A stretch of DNA of 64,000 nucleotides from Treponema sp. (GTDB lineage Bacteria; Spirochaetota; Spirochaetia; Treponematales; Treponemataceae): positions 106,751 through 170,750 of the forward strand of contig JAAVAP010000016.1 of the NCBI GenBank assembly GCA_014804005.1, written 5' to 3'. The position numbers and the translations under genes were made by a program. Positions 55,550 to 63,888 of the stretch are shown in pieces; within the stretch, counting starts at the first letter, position 1, and each line of letters begins with the position of its first letter. Below the pieces are notes generated by a model, which was given only the letters and a program-made list of their open reading frames with translations, ran no database searches and was not told where the DNA came from.

Positions 55550-56953
55550 TTATTTTGAATTTGATTGAGACTGCTGAACGGCGGCACGCGCCTTTTCTGC
55601 GGCAAGCCGCGCACGTTCCGCATTTTTTCCAAGCCGGATTATTTGCACAAGGCGAACCGTCGCCGGGCAAATGTAGGCGCACGAACCGCATTCAAAGCAA
55701 TCCATCAGTCCGTATTTTTTCGCATCTTCAAGCGAATCGGATTTTACCGAACGAATTATCATTACGGGAGTGAGACGCATCGGACAAACATCTACGCATT
55801 TTCCGCAGCCTATGCACGGCGAACTTTCCGTCGCGTCGATTTCGGCTTCCGTCAAAAACAAAATTCCGCTCGTGCCTTTGAGAATCGGGAATTCCGCGCT
55901 TTGCATCGAAAATCCCATCATCGGCCCGCCCGACAAAATTTTCGCGACATTTTCTTGCAGCTGGATTTCGCTGCCGACCAAATCGCTCACCAAAGTTCCA
56001 ATCGGCGCAAAAAGATTTTTCGGCTCTTTTACGCCCAAGCCGCTCACCGTAAAAGCGCGTTCGATCAAAGGCTTTCCTTCGCGGAACGCTTCGCTTATGG
56101 CGCAGACCGTGCCCACATTGCAGACGACGCAACCTGAGGCGGCAGGAAGTTTTCCGGCAGGAACTTCGCGCCCAGTTGCCGCAGAAATGATGTCCTTTTC
56201 CGCGCCCTGCGGATATTTCGTCTTTACGAGAATTATTTCTATTGAAACGCCTTTTTCGTCGCGGATTTTTTTCGCAGCCTCTTCAAGTTTCGGAACGAGA
56301 TGCGCCTTGTTGCTTTCCAAAACGATTCGAACATTGATTGAACTCGCTTCGCGTTCGTTGCACAAAGCGACGATTCTTTGCACAATCAAAAGTCCGTCCA
56401 TTACTTTTTCGGGCGTTTCGTCGAGAGTCTGCTCGTCCACCGTGAGATACGGCTCGCATTCCGCCGCGTTGAGCAAAATAAAATCAATCTTGCAATCTTT
56501 CGGCGGATTCAGCTTGACATGAGTGGGAAACGACGCGCCGCCCATTCCGCAAATGCCGGCATCCTTCACACGCGCCAAAGCCTCTTCGTGCAAACACGAA
56601 AAAGGATCGAGCGGCGGCATAAAATCAACGCGATTTTCTTCATCCGCCTGAATAACGATGCACGGAACTTCGGCGTTGGCGGTGGAAAGATTCGAAACGA
56701 TTTTTTTCACCGTGCCGCTCACAGGACTGTGAACGGGCGCGCTCACGAAAGCGTCGCTTTTTGCGATGATTTGCCCGCGCGAAACTTTTTGTCCCACTTC
56801 AACGACTGGAACATTCGGCGCGCCGCCCATCGTCACAGGAACGTAAAACATTTTTGAAGCCGGAAAAACTTTCGTAATTTTTTTTCCTTGGCACAATTCC
56901 TTATGCTCGGCAGGAAAAATTCCGCCTTTGAAAGTGCGCATATCTTCTCCCAT
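55550..56953 (-). CDS. rnfC: Rnf complex subunit C
   Basis: MGGASFPTHVKL, and two 4Fe-4S motifs (CIGCGKCVDVCP, CFECGSCAYICP). The start is either 56953 or, more likely, the ATG at 56941, which is preceded by GGGAGAAG. Confidence 0.9.
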   Translation of the reverse strand: MGEDMRTFKGGIFPAEHKELCQGKKITKVFPASKMFYVPVTMGGAPNVPVVEVGQKVSRGQIIAKSDAFVSAPVHSPVSGTVKKIVSNLSTANAEVPCIVIQADEENRVDFMPPLDPFSCLHEEALARVKDAGICGMGGASFPTHVKLNPPKDCKIDFILLNAAECEPYLTVDEQTLDETPEKVMDGLLIVQRIVALCNEREASSINVRIVLESNKAHLVPKLEEAAKKIRDEKGVSIEIILVKTKYPQGAEKDIISAATGREVPAGKLPAASGCVVCNVGTVCAISEAFREGKPLIERAFTVSGLGVKEPKNLFAPIGTLVSDLVGSEIQLQENVAKILSGGPMMGFSMQSAEFPILKGTSGILFLTEAEIDATESSPCIGCGKCVDVCPMRLTPVMIIRSVKSDSLEDAKKYGLMDCFECGSCAYICPATVRLVQIIRLGKNAERARLAAEKARAAVQQSQSNSK

Positions 56954-57375
56954 AAAAAAGCCGTGAGTGATTTTTTAGAATCGCGAATGGCTTTTTTACG
57001 TGCGTTTGCAATGAAATGAAAACGCACAAATTAAAATTGTAAAGTACTGAATATTCTTTTATTATATCACACAATCGCGGAAAAGAAAAGTGCTTTGTGT
57101 GAAATTATCAATGACTTGTTATATATTCGTCATTACAGCAAAGAATGTCGCGATATTCGTTCGCGTCTCTTTGCCCTGAAGAGCGGCCGTGCGGGATATT
57201 GAAACGGGGTTCCGCACAGCCGCTCTTGTGGCGGCTTAAAAAGGGCGACCTGCGAAATTTCCCGTTTCATGCAGGCCGTCCTTTTTATTTTTTTATCATT
57301 CTCAAAGTCCGGCGGGAAGAAATCGGTTCATTGGGCGGGCGGATTGTCCCGCCGGGTTTTGCCAAAGGAAGCATT

Positions 57376-58173
57376 ATGGTCATCACATTCTCAAGCATGA
57401 AAGGCGGCGTGGGAAAGTCCACCGACGCCATCCTGCTCGCCAACAACCTCGCGGCGCGCGGGTTCAGGGTCCTGTTCTTCGACATGGACACGAACAACTC
57501 CTCCACGATCTACTACACGCTGGGCATAGCCGACGAGTTCCCGACGCGGAACGTCGCGGAGGCGCTGACCCACAGGACGACGGAGGGCTACACGGTAAAG
57601 TCAAGGATCCCGAACGTGGACATCGTGCCGTCGTCGCTGCGGCTCTTCGACATCCGCTCGATCGACTACCACGCGCTGAAAAAGACCCTGCCGGACGGCA
57701 GGTATGATTTCGTCGTCATCGACACCGCGCCCACCTACGACAACCTCGTGATGAACGCGCTGTACGCGGCGGACTGCATATTCACCCCCGTCCAGCTCGA
57801 CTTCTTCAACATCACCACAACGAAATTCCTGCGCTCGCACCTATACGACGAACTTGCGGAACAGGTCGGCAAGTGGTTCATCTACTACACCTTCTGGCAG
57901 GATAACCTCGCGCCGTTCCCGCATTCCGTCCAGTCCCAGTACGCGGCGGTATTCGAGAGCGAATTCGACAACATCCTGAAAGACATCCAAATTCCGAAAA
58001 CTCCCGCGACGGCAAAATACACGCAGACCGACGTGAAAGTGAGCGTCCGCTCCCAAATGCTCGGAAGCCAGCGCCTTGCGGCCGCGTTCAACAGGCTCGC
58101 GAACCTCGTCACGCAGACTGAGCCCCAAAAGGACGGGGACGGGAACGAGATCTTTCCTGTGGAGAAATTCTAG
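57376..58173 (+). CDS. parA: ParA/Soj-family partition ATPase
   Basis: Deviant Walker A MKGGVGKST and Walker B-like VVIDTAP. AAAGGAAG precedes the ATG at 57376. The ORF-track extension from 57145 spans structured non-coding DNA. Confidence 0.85.
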   Translation: MVITFSSMKGGVGKSTDAILLANNLAARGFRVLFFDMDTNNSSTIYYTLGIADEFPTRNVAEALTHRTTEGYTVKSRIPNVDIVPSSLRLFDIRSIDYHALKKTLPDGRYDFVVIDTAPTYDNLVMNALYAADCIFTPVQLDFFNITTTKFLRSHLYDELAEQVGKWFIYYTFWQDNLAPFPHSVQSQYAAVFESEFDNILKDIQIPKTPATAKYTQTDVKVSVRSQMLGSQRLAAAFNRLANLVTQTEPQKDGDGNEIFPVEKF

Positions 58174-58187
58174 CCGGAGGAAGCACC

Positions 58188-59222
58188 ATGGCAAAGGAAA
58201 TAACATTTACCAAGCTTGGCGGCAAGGCTCCGTTCGCGGACGGCGGACTGAAACTCTCGAAATCAATCCTGATAGACAAAATCGAGCCGCACGAGGACTT
58301 CAAGTCCTTGTTCAGGATCGGGGACGAGCTTTTGGAGCGCATCACGAATTCAATCAGGGAAAATTCCTTCGACGCATCCCAGCCCCTGCACATATGGGCG
58401 AAAGCCGAGGACGACGGCAGCATCCACAACTACCTGATTGACGGCTACACGCGGCTGGAGGCTGCGAGGAACGCCGGGCTTGATACCGTCCCGTACTTCG
58501 AGCACAAGTTCGAGACATTCGACGAAGCGTACAAGTACGCATTGAGCCTGCAAGTGAACCGCCGCAACCTTGAGGGCGGAGAACTCCTGCGCAACGTGTC
58601 GAGGCTTTTGGGAACGGACTTCATCCAAAACGCGGAGGGCAAGAAGTCCGAGGCGATCGCGGAAGTGCTCGGCGTTTCCTCAAGGACGGTGGAGGAGGCG
58701 ATTTCCGTCGCCAAAAACGCGGACGAGGAGACACTCGCGGAAATCGACTCGGGCGAGAAGTCAGTCCACAAGGCCTACAAGGAGACAAAGAAAAAGCGGG
58801 AAAAGCGCGAGGTCGCGCCCGATGAGGACGATGGCGACGACTTCAACGACGCGACTTGGAAAGACGATGACGATGACTTCGGCGACATCTCCGACGCGCT
58901 CGGAGACAGCGAGGGGAATCCGCGCCAAGTCCATGTCCACAGCCGCGACATGACGGAGCGTCTCAGTCCGCCGGAGCAGAGCGACATCGACGCGCGGCTC
59001 ATCGAACGCTTCAAGGACGGCTTCGCCAGCGGCTTCAAAAGCGGGTTTTCGGAAGGCGCGTACCAAGTCTACGACAGGATGCTTTCCATGCTGAAGGACG
59101 GAAAGTCGGCCGCGGAAATCGAGGACAGCGAAATTTTTTCGGACTTCACGTTCACCGTGGCCGCGCCAAAATTTGACGTTCCCGCCGAGGACGGGGACAT
59201 CCTCAGAAAATTCAACAAGTAG
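58188..59222 (+). CDS. ParB/Srx-fold N-terminal domain protein with an HTH and an acidic C-terminal half
   Basis: IDGYTRLEAARNAGLDTVP (ParB N-domain-like), an HTH SEAIAEVLGVSSRTVEEAISVAK, and an acidic tract DEDDGDDFNDATWKDDDDDFGD. It follows parA by 14 nt. Confidence 0.65.
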   Translation: MAKEITFTKLGGKAPFADGGLKLSKSILIDKIEPHEDFKSLFRIGDELLERITNSIRENSFDASQPLHIWAKAEDDGSIHNYLIDGYTRLEAARNAGLDTVPYFEHKFETFDEAYKYALSLQVNRRNLEGGELLRNVSRLLGTDFIQNAEGKKSEAIAEVLGVSSRTVEEAISVAKNADEETLAEIDSGEKSVHKAYKETKKKREKREVAPDEDDGDDFNDATWKDDDDDFGDISDALGDSEGNPRQVHVHSRDMTERLSPPEQSDIDARLIERFKDGFASGFKSGFSEGAYQVYDRMLSMLKDGKSAAEIEDSEIFSDFTFTVAAPKFDVPAEDGDILRKFNK

Positions 59223-59233
59223 GAGAAGCAAAA

Positions 59234-59554
59234 ATGACGACGGAAGAAATTGAAATGAGAAGGGTCATCAAAGAAATGCTTTCAGATGTCGGAATCAACC
59301 GCGAGACGCTCAAACAAGCGGTAAAGGACATCTTGGAGGAAAAAATCAACAAGGCCATTGTAGACGCAATGCACGAGACAAGCGGCGGATCGACGGTCAA
59401 GGACAAAATCAACGATTACGTGGCAAGGCACGTGCGCTCGTTCTCTTTTGACGCTGAGTTCAGAAACGAAGTCGAGAAAGCCGTGAAGAAAGAGATGCAG
59501 GATTTTCGGATTAGCGCGGAGATAAAAAGGGAGACGCAGAATGAAAAAGACTGA
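59234..59554 (+). CDS. Hypothetical protein
   Basis: AGGAGAAG precedes the ATG. 106 aa, predicted helical and charged. Codon usage matches the element. Confidence 0.45.
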   Translation: MTTEEIEMRRVIKEMLSDVGINRETLKQAVKDILEEKINKAIVDAMHETSGGSTVKDKINDYVARHVRSFSFDAEFRNEVEKAVKKEMQDFRISAEIKRETQNEKD

Positions 59555-59759
59555 CATCCATCTGCTCAACGACCTGCAAAGGCGCGAGATTAGGGAAACG
59601 GCGTACAACGAGGTGTCGAACGAACACTCGTTTTTCTGCGTCTGCGGGAAACTTTGCTCCGGCTTTCACGAAAGCAGCTGCGGAAAATTCCGCGCGAAGG
59701 TCGAGAAGCGTTTTTTGAGCAAGTGCGAGGCGGAAATACGGCGACTCGGCTTATCCTAG
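59541..59759 (+). CDS. Hypothetical Cys-rich small protein
   Basis: 72 aa. It overlaps the previous ORF by 14 nt. It contains a cysteine-rich C.C...C......C run (CVCGKLCSGFHESSC). Confidence 0.4.
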   Translation: MKKTDIHLLNDLQRREIRETAYNEVSNEHSFFCVCGKLCSGFHESSCGKFRAKVEKRFLSKCEAEIRRLGLS

Positions 59760-59826
59760 CACATGCCATAATTTTGCAATAAAGAAACTGCGACATCAAA
59801 CTCGCGTATGAACGGGAGGTAGGAAC

Positions 59827-59931
59827 ATGAACAAAAAATACGTGAAAGAACGCATCGTGTGGACAGTGTGCAGGGAAATCGGACACCAAATATCGAGGTT
59901 CCTGCGGAAACTGGTTTTGGGGAAGAAATGA
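59827..59931 (+). CDS. Unannotated 34-codon ORF (below the ORF-track cutoff)
   Basis: GGGAGG lies 7 nt upstream of the ATG at 59827. It encodes MNKKYVKERIVWTVCREIGHQISRFLRKLVLGKK. Its TGA overlaps the next ATG (ATGA at 59928-59931). Confidence 0.3.
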   Translation: MNKKYVKERIVWTVCREIGHQISRFLRKLVLGKK

Positions 59932-60089
59932 CGGACTTTGTATTTAACGCAATAGGTGGCATATTCATCGTCCTCTTCATTCTTGGCTCCGTGGCGGGCA
60001 TCGTGGAAGCCTACTTGGAAAACAAAGAAAAAGACAAAAGGAGAGAAAAATGGCTCAAGGAAAGGACGGCGAAGAACACGACAGCGTAA
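59928..60089 (+). CDS. Small single-pass membrane protein
   Basis: MTDFVFNAIGGIFIVLFILGSVAGIVEAY followed by a basic tail. The start at 59928 is preferred over the ORF-track start at 59859. Confidence 0.4.
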   Translation: MTDFVFNAIGGIFIVLFILGSVAGIVEAYLENKEKDKRREKWLKERTAKNTTA

Positions 60090-60343
60090 GCCGCCCCGCG
60101 CACTACACGCGCGAGGGCGCGATGGAATGCATCGACGAGATGCTGCTCGTTTTCGGGTCGGCGGCAGTGAAAGACTTCTGCCTGCTGAACGCGTGGAAAT
60201 ACCGCTACCGCGCCGCCAAGAAGAACGGCGACGAGGACATGAGGAAGTCGGACTGGTACATGGCGAAGTACAAGGAACTGAAAGGCAGCCCCGGCATACG
60301 CCATAAAATTTTCCGGCGCAAGGGAAAGAGGCGAAGGACGTAA
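60050..60343 (+). CDS. DUF3310-like phage/plasmid protein
   Basis: RPAHYTREG.ECID...F..LNAWKYRYRA..KNG.EDMRKSDWYM matches my recollection of the DUF3310 pattern (HY...IE.ID...KY..R...K...DL.KA.WY). Confidence 0.6.
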   Translation: MAQGKDGEEHDSVSRPAHYTREGAMECIDEMLLVFGSAAVKDFCLLNAWKYRYRAAKKNGDEDMRKSDWYMAKYKELKGSPGIRHKIFRRKGKRRRT

Positions 60344-60346
60344 GGA

Positions 60347-61537
60347 ATGCGCTACAGCATTTTCGAGTATTCACAGGAAAAGCTTCTCGCCCTTGGCCTT
60401 GACGTGACGGACGCGCTGCTCCTGAACTGGTTCGCGAATTTCTTCTGCGGCAAGATGGAAAAGCAGATGTTCAAGGATGCCGACGGAAAAACGAAAATCT
60501 ACGGCTGGATAAAGACATCGAAAGTCATCGAGGACCTGCCCGTAATCGGCATCACGAGCGAAAAAGGCATTCGGAAGCGGCTCGACACGTTCGTCGAGAA
60601 AGGCATCCTTGACAGGAGAACTTTGTCCACACACAACGGGAAAAAATCGTACTACAGGACGACCTCAATCTACGAGTCGCTCATCAACACGACCGCAATC
60701 CAAAGAAACCATGAAAAAGAAAACGCCGCCTCGGAAAAACCCCGCGCGGGAGCGAAAAGCGAAAGCGCGGACGGAAACTGGCAAAGGAACGCCAGTACCT
60801 TTGCAAACTCCGAAAATGTCCGAAACGACCCGCAAAGGAACTCCAGTACCTATGGGCAAAGGAACGGCAGTACCCTTGCGCAAGGGAACTCCGGTTCCCT
60901 TGCTTTAAACGATTCCTTGACCAATGATAAATTCGTTAAGGATATTGCTGCTGCCGCCGAAAGGCATTTCGGCAAGAACGCTTTTGACCAGGGCTTCGCC
61001 CAAAAAGCGGCGGCGTTTCTTTCCTCACAGAACGTCTCCGACATCGACTTTTATTTCGCATTCATCAAGAACAAGGTGTCCGAAAAAATCTCGCTGTCAA
61101 AAAGCCCGGTCTCAAGCCCCCGCGGACTGGCGTACACGCTCTTCTTCCAGACCGACATAGCGCAAGAAGCAAATGACTGGCAGCAGCAGCTTTTTCTTGA
61201 AAGGCAGAGAGAGGCTGAACGGAAAGCCGCGGAGGAAAAGCGCAAGGTCGGCTGCCCCGTCTGCGGAACGCGCTTTATTCCAAAGCAGGACGGCTCCTGC
61301 CCCAAATGCGAATTCAGCGTGTCGCGCTTCCAAGACGAGGCGGAAATCCAAATCCACTCGCGGTTCGTAAGGCTTCCCGAAAAGTCAAAACAAGACTATG
61401 AGAGACGGCTCCGGCAAATTTATAAATTTGACATCGCAAAATTCATGGCGATGAGCAAGGAGGAAAAAGACGATTTTAGGTCGAAACAAAAAACTGACAA
61501 GAGCGTCCTTGACAGGGAGTTCGGACTGATTACGTAA
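60347..61537 (+). CDS. Putative replication initiator/organiser: N-terminal winged-helix-like domain, 8-aa repeat linker, C-terminal CxxC...CxxC zinc ribbon
   Basis: The N-terminal 110 aa or so resemble DnaD/phage replisome-organiser wHTH domains (tentative). The repeats are QRNASTFA/QRNSSTYG/QRNGSTLA/QGNSGSLA. The zinc ribbon is CPVCG...CPKCE. Confidence 0.45.
   Translation: MRYSIFEYSQEKLLALGLDVTDALLLNWFANFFCGKMEKQMFKDADGKTKIYGWIKTSKVIEDLPVIGITSEKGIRKRLDTFVEKGILDRRTLSTHNGKKSYYRTTSIYESLINTTAIQRNHEKENAASEKPRAGAKSESADGNWQRNASTFANSENVRNDPQRNSSTYGQRNGSTLAQGNSGSLALNDSLTNDKFVKDIAAAAERHFGKNAFDQGFAQKAAAFLSSQNVSDIDFYFAFIKNKVSEKISLSKSPVSSPRGLAYTLFFQTDIAQEANDWQQQLFLERQREAERKAAEEKRKVGCPVCGTRFIPKQDGSCPKCEFSVSRFQDEAEIQIHSRFVRLPEKSKQDYERRLRQIYKFDIAKFMAMSKEEKDDFRSKQKTDKSVLDREFGLIT
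60781..60903. repeat. Four 24-bp imperfect-palindrome repeats (one isolated, three in tandem)
   Basis: R1 60781-60804 gcaaaggaacgccagtacctttgc. R2 60832-60855 gcaaaggaactccagtacctatgg. R3 60856-60879 gcaaaggaacggcagtacccttgc. R4 60880-60903 gcaagggaactccggttcccttgc, which has 10-bp perfect arms. Confidence 0.85.
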
Positions 61538-61590
61538 GAAAAGCAATGCTCAAAGCATTGCGAAAAAATACCAACATTGGAGGCAAAGGA

Positions 61591-62046
61591 ATGTCGGATT
61601 TGAACACACTCACACTACAGGGAAGAATCGCGCGGGACGCGGTTGTTCAAACAACAAAAGCCGGAAAGCGGGTCGCGCTGTTCACGCTCGCCGTGAACCG
61701 GACGACAAAAAACGAGGGCGGAGATTATGTCGAACACGCGAACTTTTTTCCCGTGTCGGTTTTCGCCCAGTCGGACAAATTCGTCTCGTACCTCAAAAAA
61801 GGGCAGCCGCTCGTTTTGGAAGGCTACCTTAAGCAGGTGACAAAAAACCTCGGTCAAGGCGCGGACGGCAAACCGAAGTACGAGTCAAGGCTTTACATCT
61901 GCACCTCAAGAGTCCATTTTATTTGGACAGGCAAAAAAGACAACGCTCCGGCCGAGCCTCCCGAAAATTTCGACGAGGACATCATCCTCGACACGGAGGA
62001 TCCGTGCGAGGACGTGTTCCTGGGCGACGATGGCGGCATTTATTAG
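61591..62046 (+). CDS. ssb: Single-stranded DNA-binding protein
   Basis: GGAGG precedes the ATG at 61591. OB-fold pattern (LTLQGRIARDAVV...FFPVSVFAQ...LKKGQPLVLEGYL) and an acidic C-terminal tip DVFLGDDGGIY. Confidence 0.8.
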   Translation: MSDLNTLTLQGRIARDAVVQTTKAGKRVALFTLAVNRTTKNEGGDYVEHANFFPVSVFAQSDKFVSYLKKGQPLVLEGYLKQVTKNLGQGADGKPKYESRLYICTSRVHFIWTGKKDNAPAEPPENFDEDIILDTEDPCEDVFLGDDGGIY

Positions 62047-62314
62047 ATCCGCCTTGGCAGGCGGTCTCAGGCATGTTCTCGGTACGGTTCTCGGAAAACT
62101 GGCGGGGCTGCTGTATTTCTGCGACAGCCATTTTACCTATCTTGCAATATCGCTTTTTTGCGCGACAGGGAGCGCGTTGATTTTCCTGACGTGCTATTTG
62201 GGAAGATACGGCAAATATGACTGGTGGAACTGGAAAGGCAGGGCTTTGGGCAAAAGCATAAGGCTCTGCCTGCTCTTGCTTCTGCTGAAAAAAATTTTGG
62301 AGGTTGCAATATGA
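62030..62314 (+). CDS. Possible small membrane protein between the two SSB genes
   Basis: 94 aa with 2-3 hydrophobic segments. It overlaps the ssb 3' end by 17 nt, and its stop overlaps the next ATG. Coding status is uncertain. Confidence 0.3.
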   Translation: MAAFIRSALAGGLRHVLGTVLGKLAGLLYFCDSHFTYLAISLFCATGSALIFLTCYLGRYGKYDWWNWKGRALGKSIRLCLLLLLLKKILEVAI

Positions 62315-62661
62315 ATTCAATCACACTGCACGGAAGGCTGGCGAAAGACGCGACGGTCACTTTGGTAAATTCATGCGGCGTTGAGACTCCGCTCGTGACA
62401 TTCTCATTCATTGACGGAGGGCTTCCCTACCAAAAAAGCGAGCCGATGTTCATAGACGTTCACTTCATGAAGGAAGCGGCAATGCGCATTTTCGACTTCC
62501 TTAAAAAGGGAAAGGAAGTCGTGGTGTCGGGATGCCTGCGGAGCAAGAACTATGTGACGCAAGCCGGGGAGAAGAAACAAAAGTATTATGTTTCGGCTGA
62601 CTACGTAATGTTCACTGGAAAAGGAAGCGACGACGGGACTTCCCGTTCGGCCCATAATTAA
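62311..62661 (+). CDS. Second, divergent SSB-like OB-fold protein lacking the acidic tip
   Basis: GGAGGT precedes the ATG at 62311. The sequence ITLHGRLAKDATV...FIDVHFMKEAA...LKKGKEVVVSGCL follows the SSB OB-fold layout. Confidence 0.55.
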   Translation: MNSITLHGRLAKDATVTLVNSCGVETPLVTFSFIDGGLPYQKSEPMFIDVHFMKEAAMRIFDFLKKGKEVVVSGCLRSKNYVTQAGEKKQKYYVSADYVMFTGKGSDDGTSRSAHN

Positions 62662-62706
62662 CGCATTATTGTGTTTGGGCAAAACAAAATATGAGGAGCA
62701 AAAGCT

Positions 62707-63000
62707 ATGAAAGACTTCAGGGATTTTCAGAATGTCCGTATCATTACGCAGGAAGGGACGATCGCGAACGGCGACTACATTATGGACGATGTTGTCATCA
62801 GGTGCAGGAACGGTCTGCTCTGCGATCTGCCAGGAGAGGACGGCAACCTTATGCCCGCGATAGAGACGCGTGACGGCAACCACCGGGAGCACTGGAAAAA
62901 CGGTGTGCTTCACTGTGAGAACGCACCCGCCGTCGTGGACAACGCCGACGGCTACGAGCTTTGGTTTTTGGACGGAAAGGAATGTCCGCCGCAGAAATGA
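62707..63000 (+). CDS. Hypothetical protein
   Basis: 97-aa ORF with GAGGAG upstream and element-like codon usage. No family was recognised. Confidence 0.4.
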   Translation: MKDFRDFQNVRIITQEGTIANGDYIMDDVVIRCRNGLLCDLPGEDGNLMPAIETRDGNHREHWKNGVLHCENAPAVVDNADGYELWFLDGKECPPQK

Positions 63001-63037
63001 TTTTTTGAGAACCTTAATTTTCTAATGGAGAAAGAAT

Positions 63038-63883
63038 ATGGTCAACGAAGAAAACGCCGTTCAGCCGGAAGAAGAATATGAAAGAAATTTGCCCGCGCAA
63101 AAGGAAATGGCGAAATTGCAGGCAAGCGCGCGCCAGCCGAACATTCAGTTTCCCGTCAAGGAAAAACAAGAGATTGTGCCTTCCAATAAAGAAACTCAGT
63201 CCGCGCTTGAAAAGGCTGTCATCGCGCTTTCGGAAGAACTCGCGAACGTGTCGGAACTCAAGGACGCATTGGAACAGTCGCTCAACGACAAGAACGTCGC
63301 CGATGACGAATTCCAGTCGGAAGTGACCGCCTATTTCAATTCGCTGCGGAAGCAGTTTGACGAATTCAACGAAAAGTTTTCAAGGGAAATCGACTATGCC
63401 CGCGAACTCGATTTGAAGATTCAGAACAACGAATACAGGGGGCAGATTTACCTTTTGGAAAAAGCGCTGGACGCGGAAAGGGCGAAAATCACCATCGCGT
63501 TGGACGACATCACGAAAACCGTCAAGGAAAAATTGCTGCTTGTTTCCGACAAGTGCCTTGAGCTGAAGTCTGCGGACAATCTCATCGAGGAGTCGATAAT
63601 GAAGTTCCGTTCGGATTCGATGTCCGCCTCCGAAAACGAATACAGAGCGTTGAGACAGAATTGCGAGGCAGGTCTCAGGCTTTTTACGGAGAACGCGCAA
63701 AAGACATTGGAAACGGTAAAGAAACGCTCCGTCGATTTCATCACGCAATGCGAGAAAGAAAACAAGGCGCTCATAAAGAACGTCCCATCAGTAAAAGGAA
63801 AGCTCACGGCGGAAAACTGGATTGTCGTTGTGTTCGGCTGTGTCGGAATCGCGAGCCTCATCGTGCGGCTGTTCATGGGGTAA
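63038..63883 (+). CDS. Coiled-coil protein with a C-terminal transmembrane anchor
   Basis: GGAGAAAG precedes the ATG. Long heptad-like helical segments rich in E/K/L are followed by a C-terminal WIVVVFGCVGIASLIVRLFMG. Confidence 0.5.
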   Translation: MVNEENAVQPEEEYERNLPAQKEMAKLQASARQPNIQFPVKEKQEIVPSNKETQSALEKAVIALSEELANVSELKDALEQSLNDKNVADDEFQSEVTAYFNSLRKQFDEFNEKFSREIDYARELDLKIQNNEYRGQIYLLEKALDAERAKITIALDDITKTVKEKLLLVSDKCLELKSADNLIEESIMKFRSDSMSASENEYRALRQNCEAGLRLFTENAQKTLETVKKRSVDFITQCEKENKALIKNVPSVKGKLTAENWIVVVFGCVGIASLIVRLFMG

Positions 63884-63888
63884 TATTT

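Noticed and set aside
56954-57066. Hairpins upstream of rnfC (aaaaagcc/ggcttttt; gtgcgttt/aaacgcac)
   Set aside because: They are short AT-rich stems with no flanking U-tract in either transcription direction. They are probably ordinary promoter-region sequence.
57170-57300. tRNA or tRNA fragment as the integration site of the mobile element
   Set aside because: No T-arm (GGTTCGAAT-like) or cloverleaf could be traced. The only tRNA-like structure in the window is the ssrA 3' end at 2250-2282.
57145-57375. N-terminal extension of parA given by the ORF track
   Set aside because: The extension runs through inverted repeats and a terminator-like T-run. The ATG at 57376 has an RBS and is followed directly by the Walker A motif.
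59796-60374. 192-aa minus-strand ORF in the mobile element, plus similar ones at 57841-58206 and 58761-59231
   Set aside because: The GC-rich element DNA generates long stop-free antisense frames. These oppose a tightly packed, RBS-supported plus-strand gene series.
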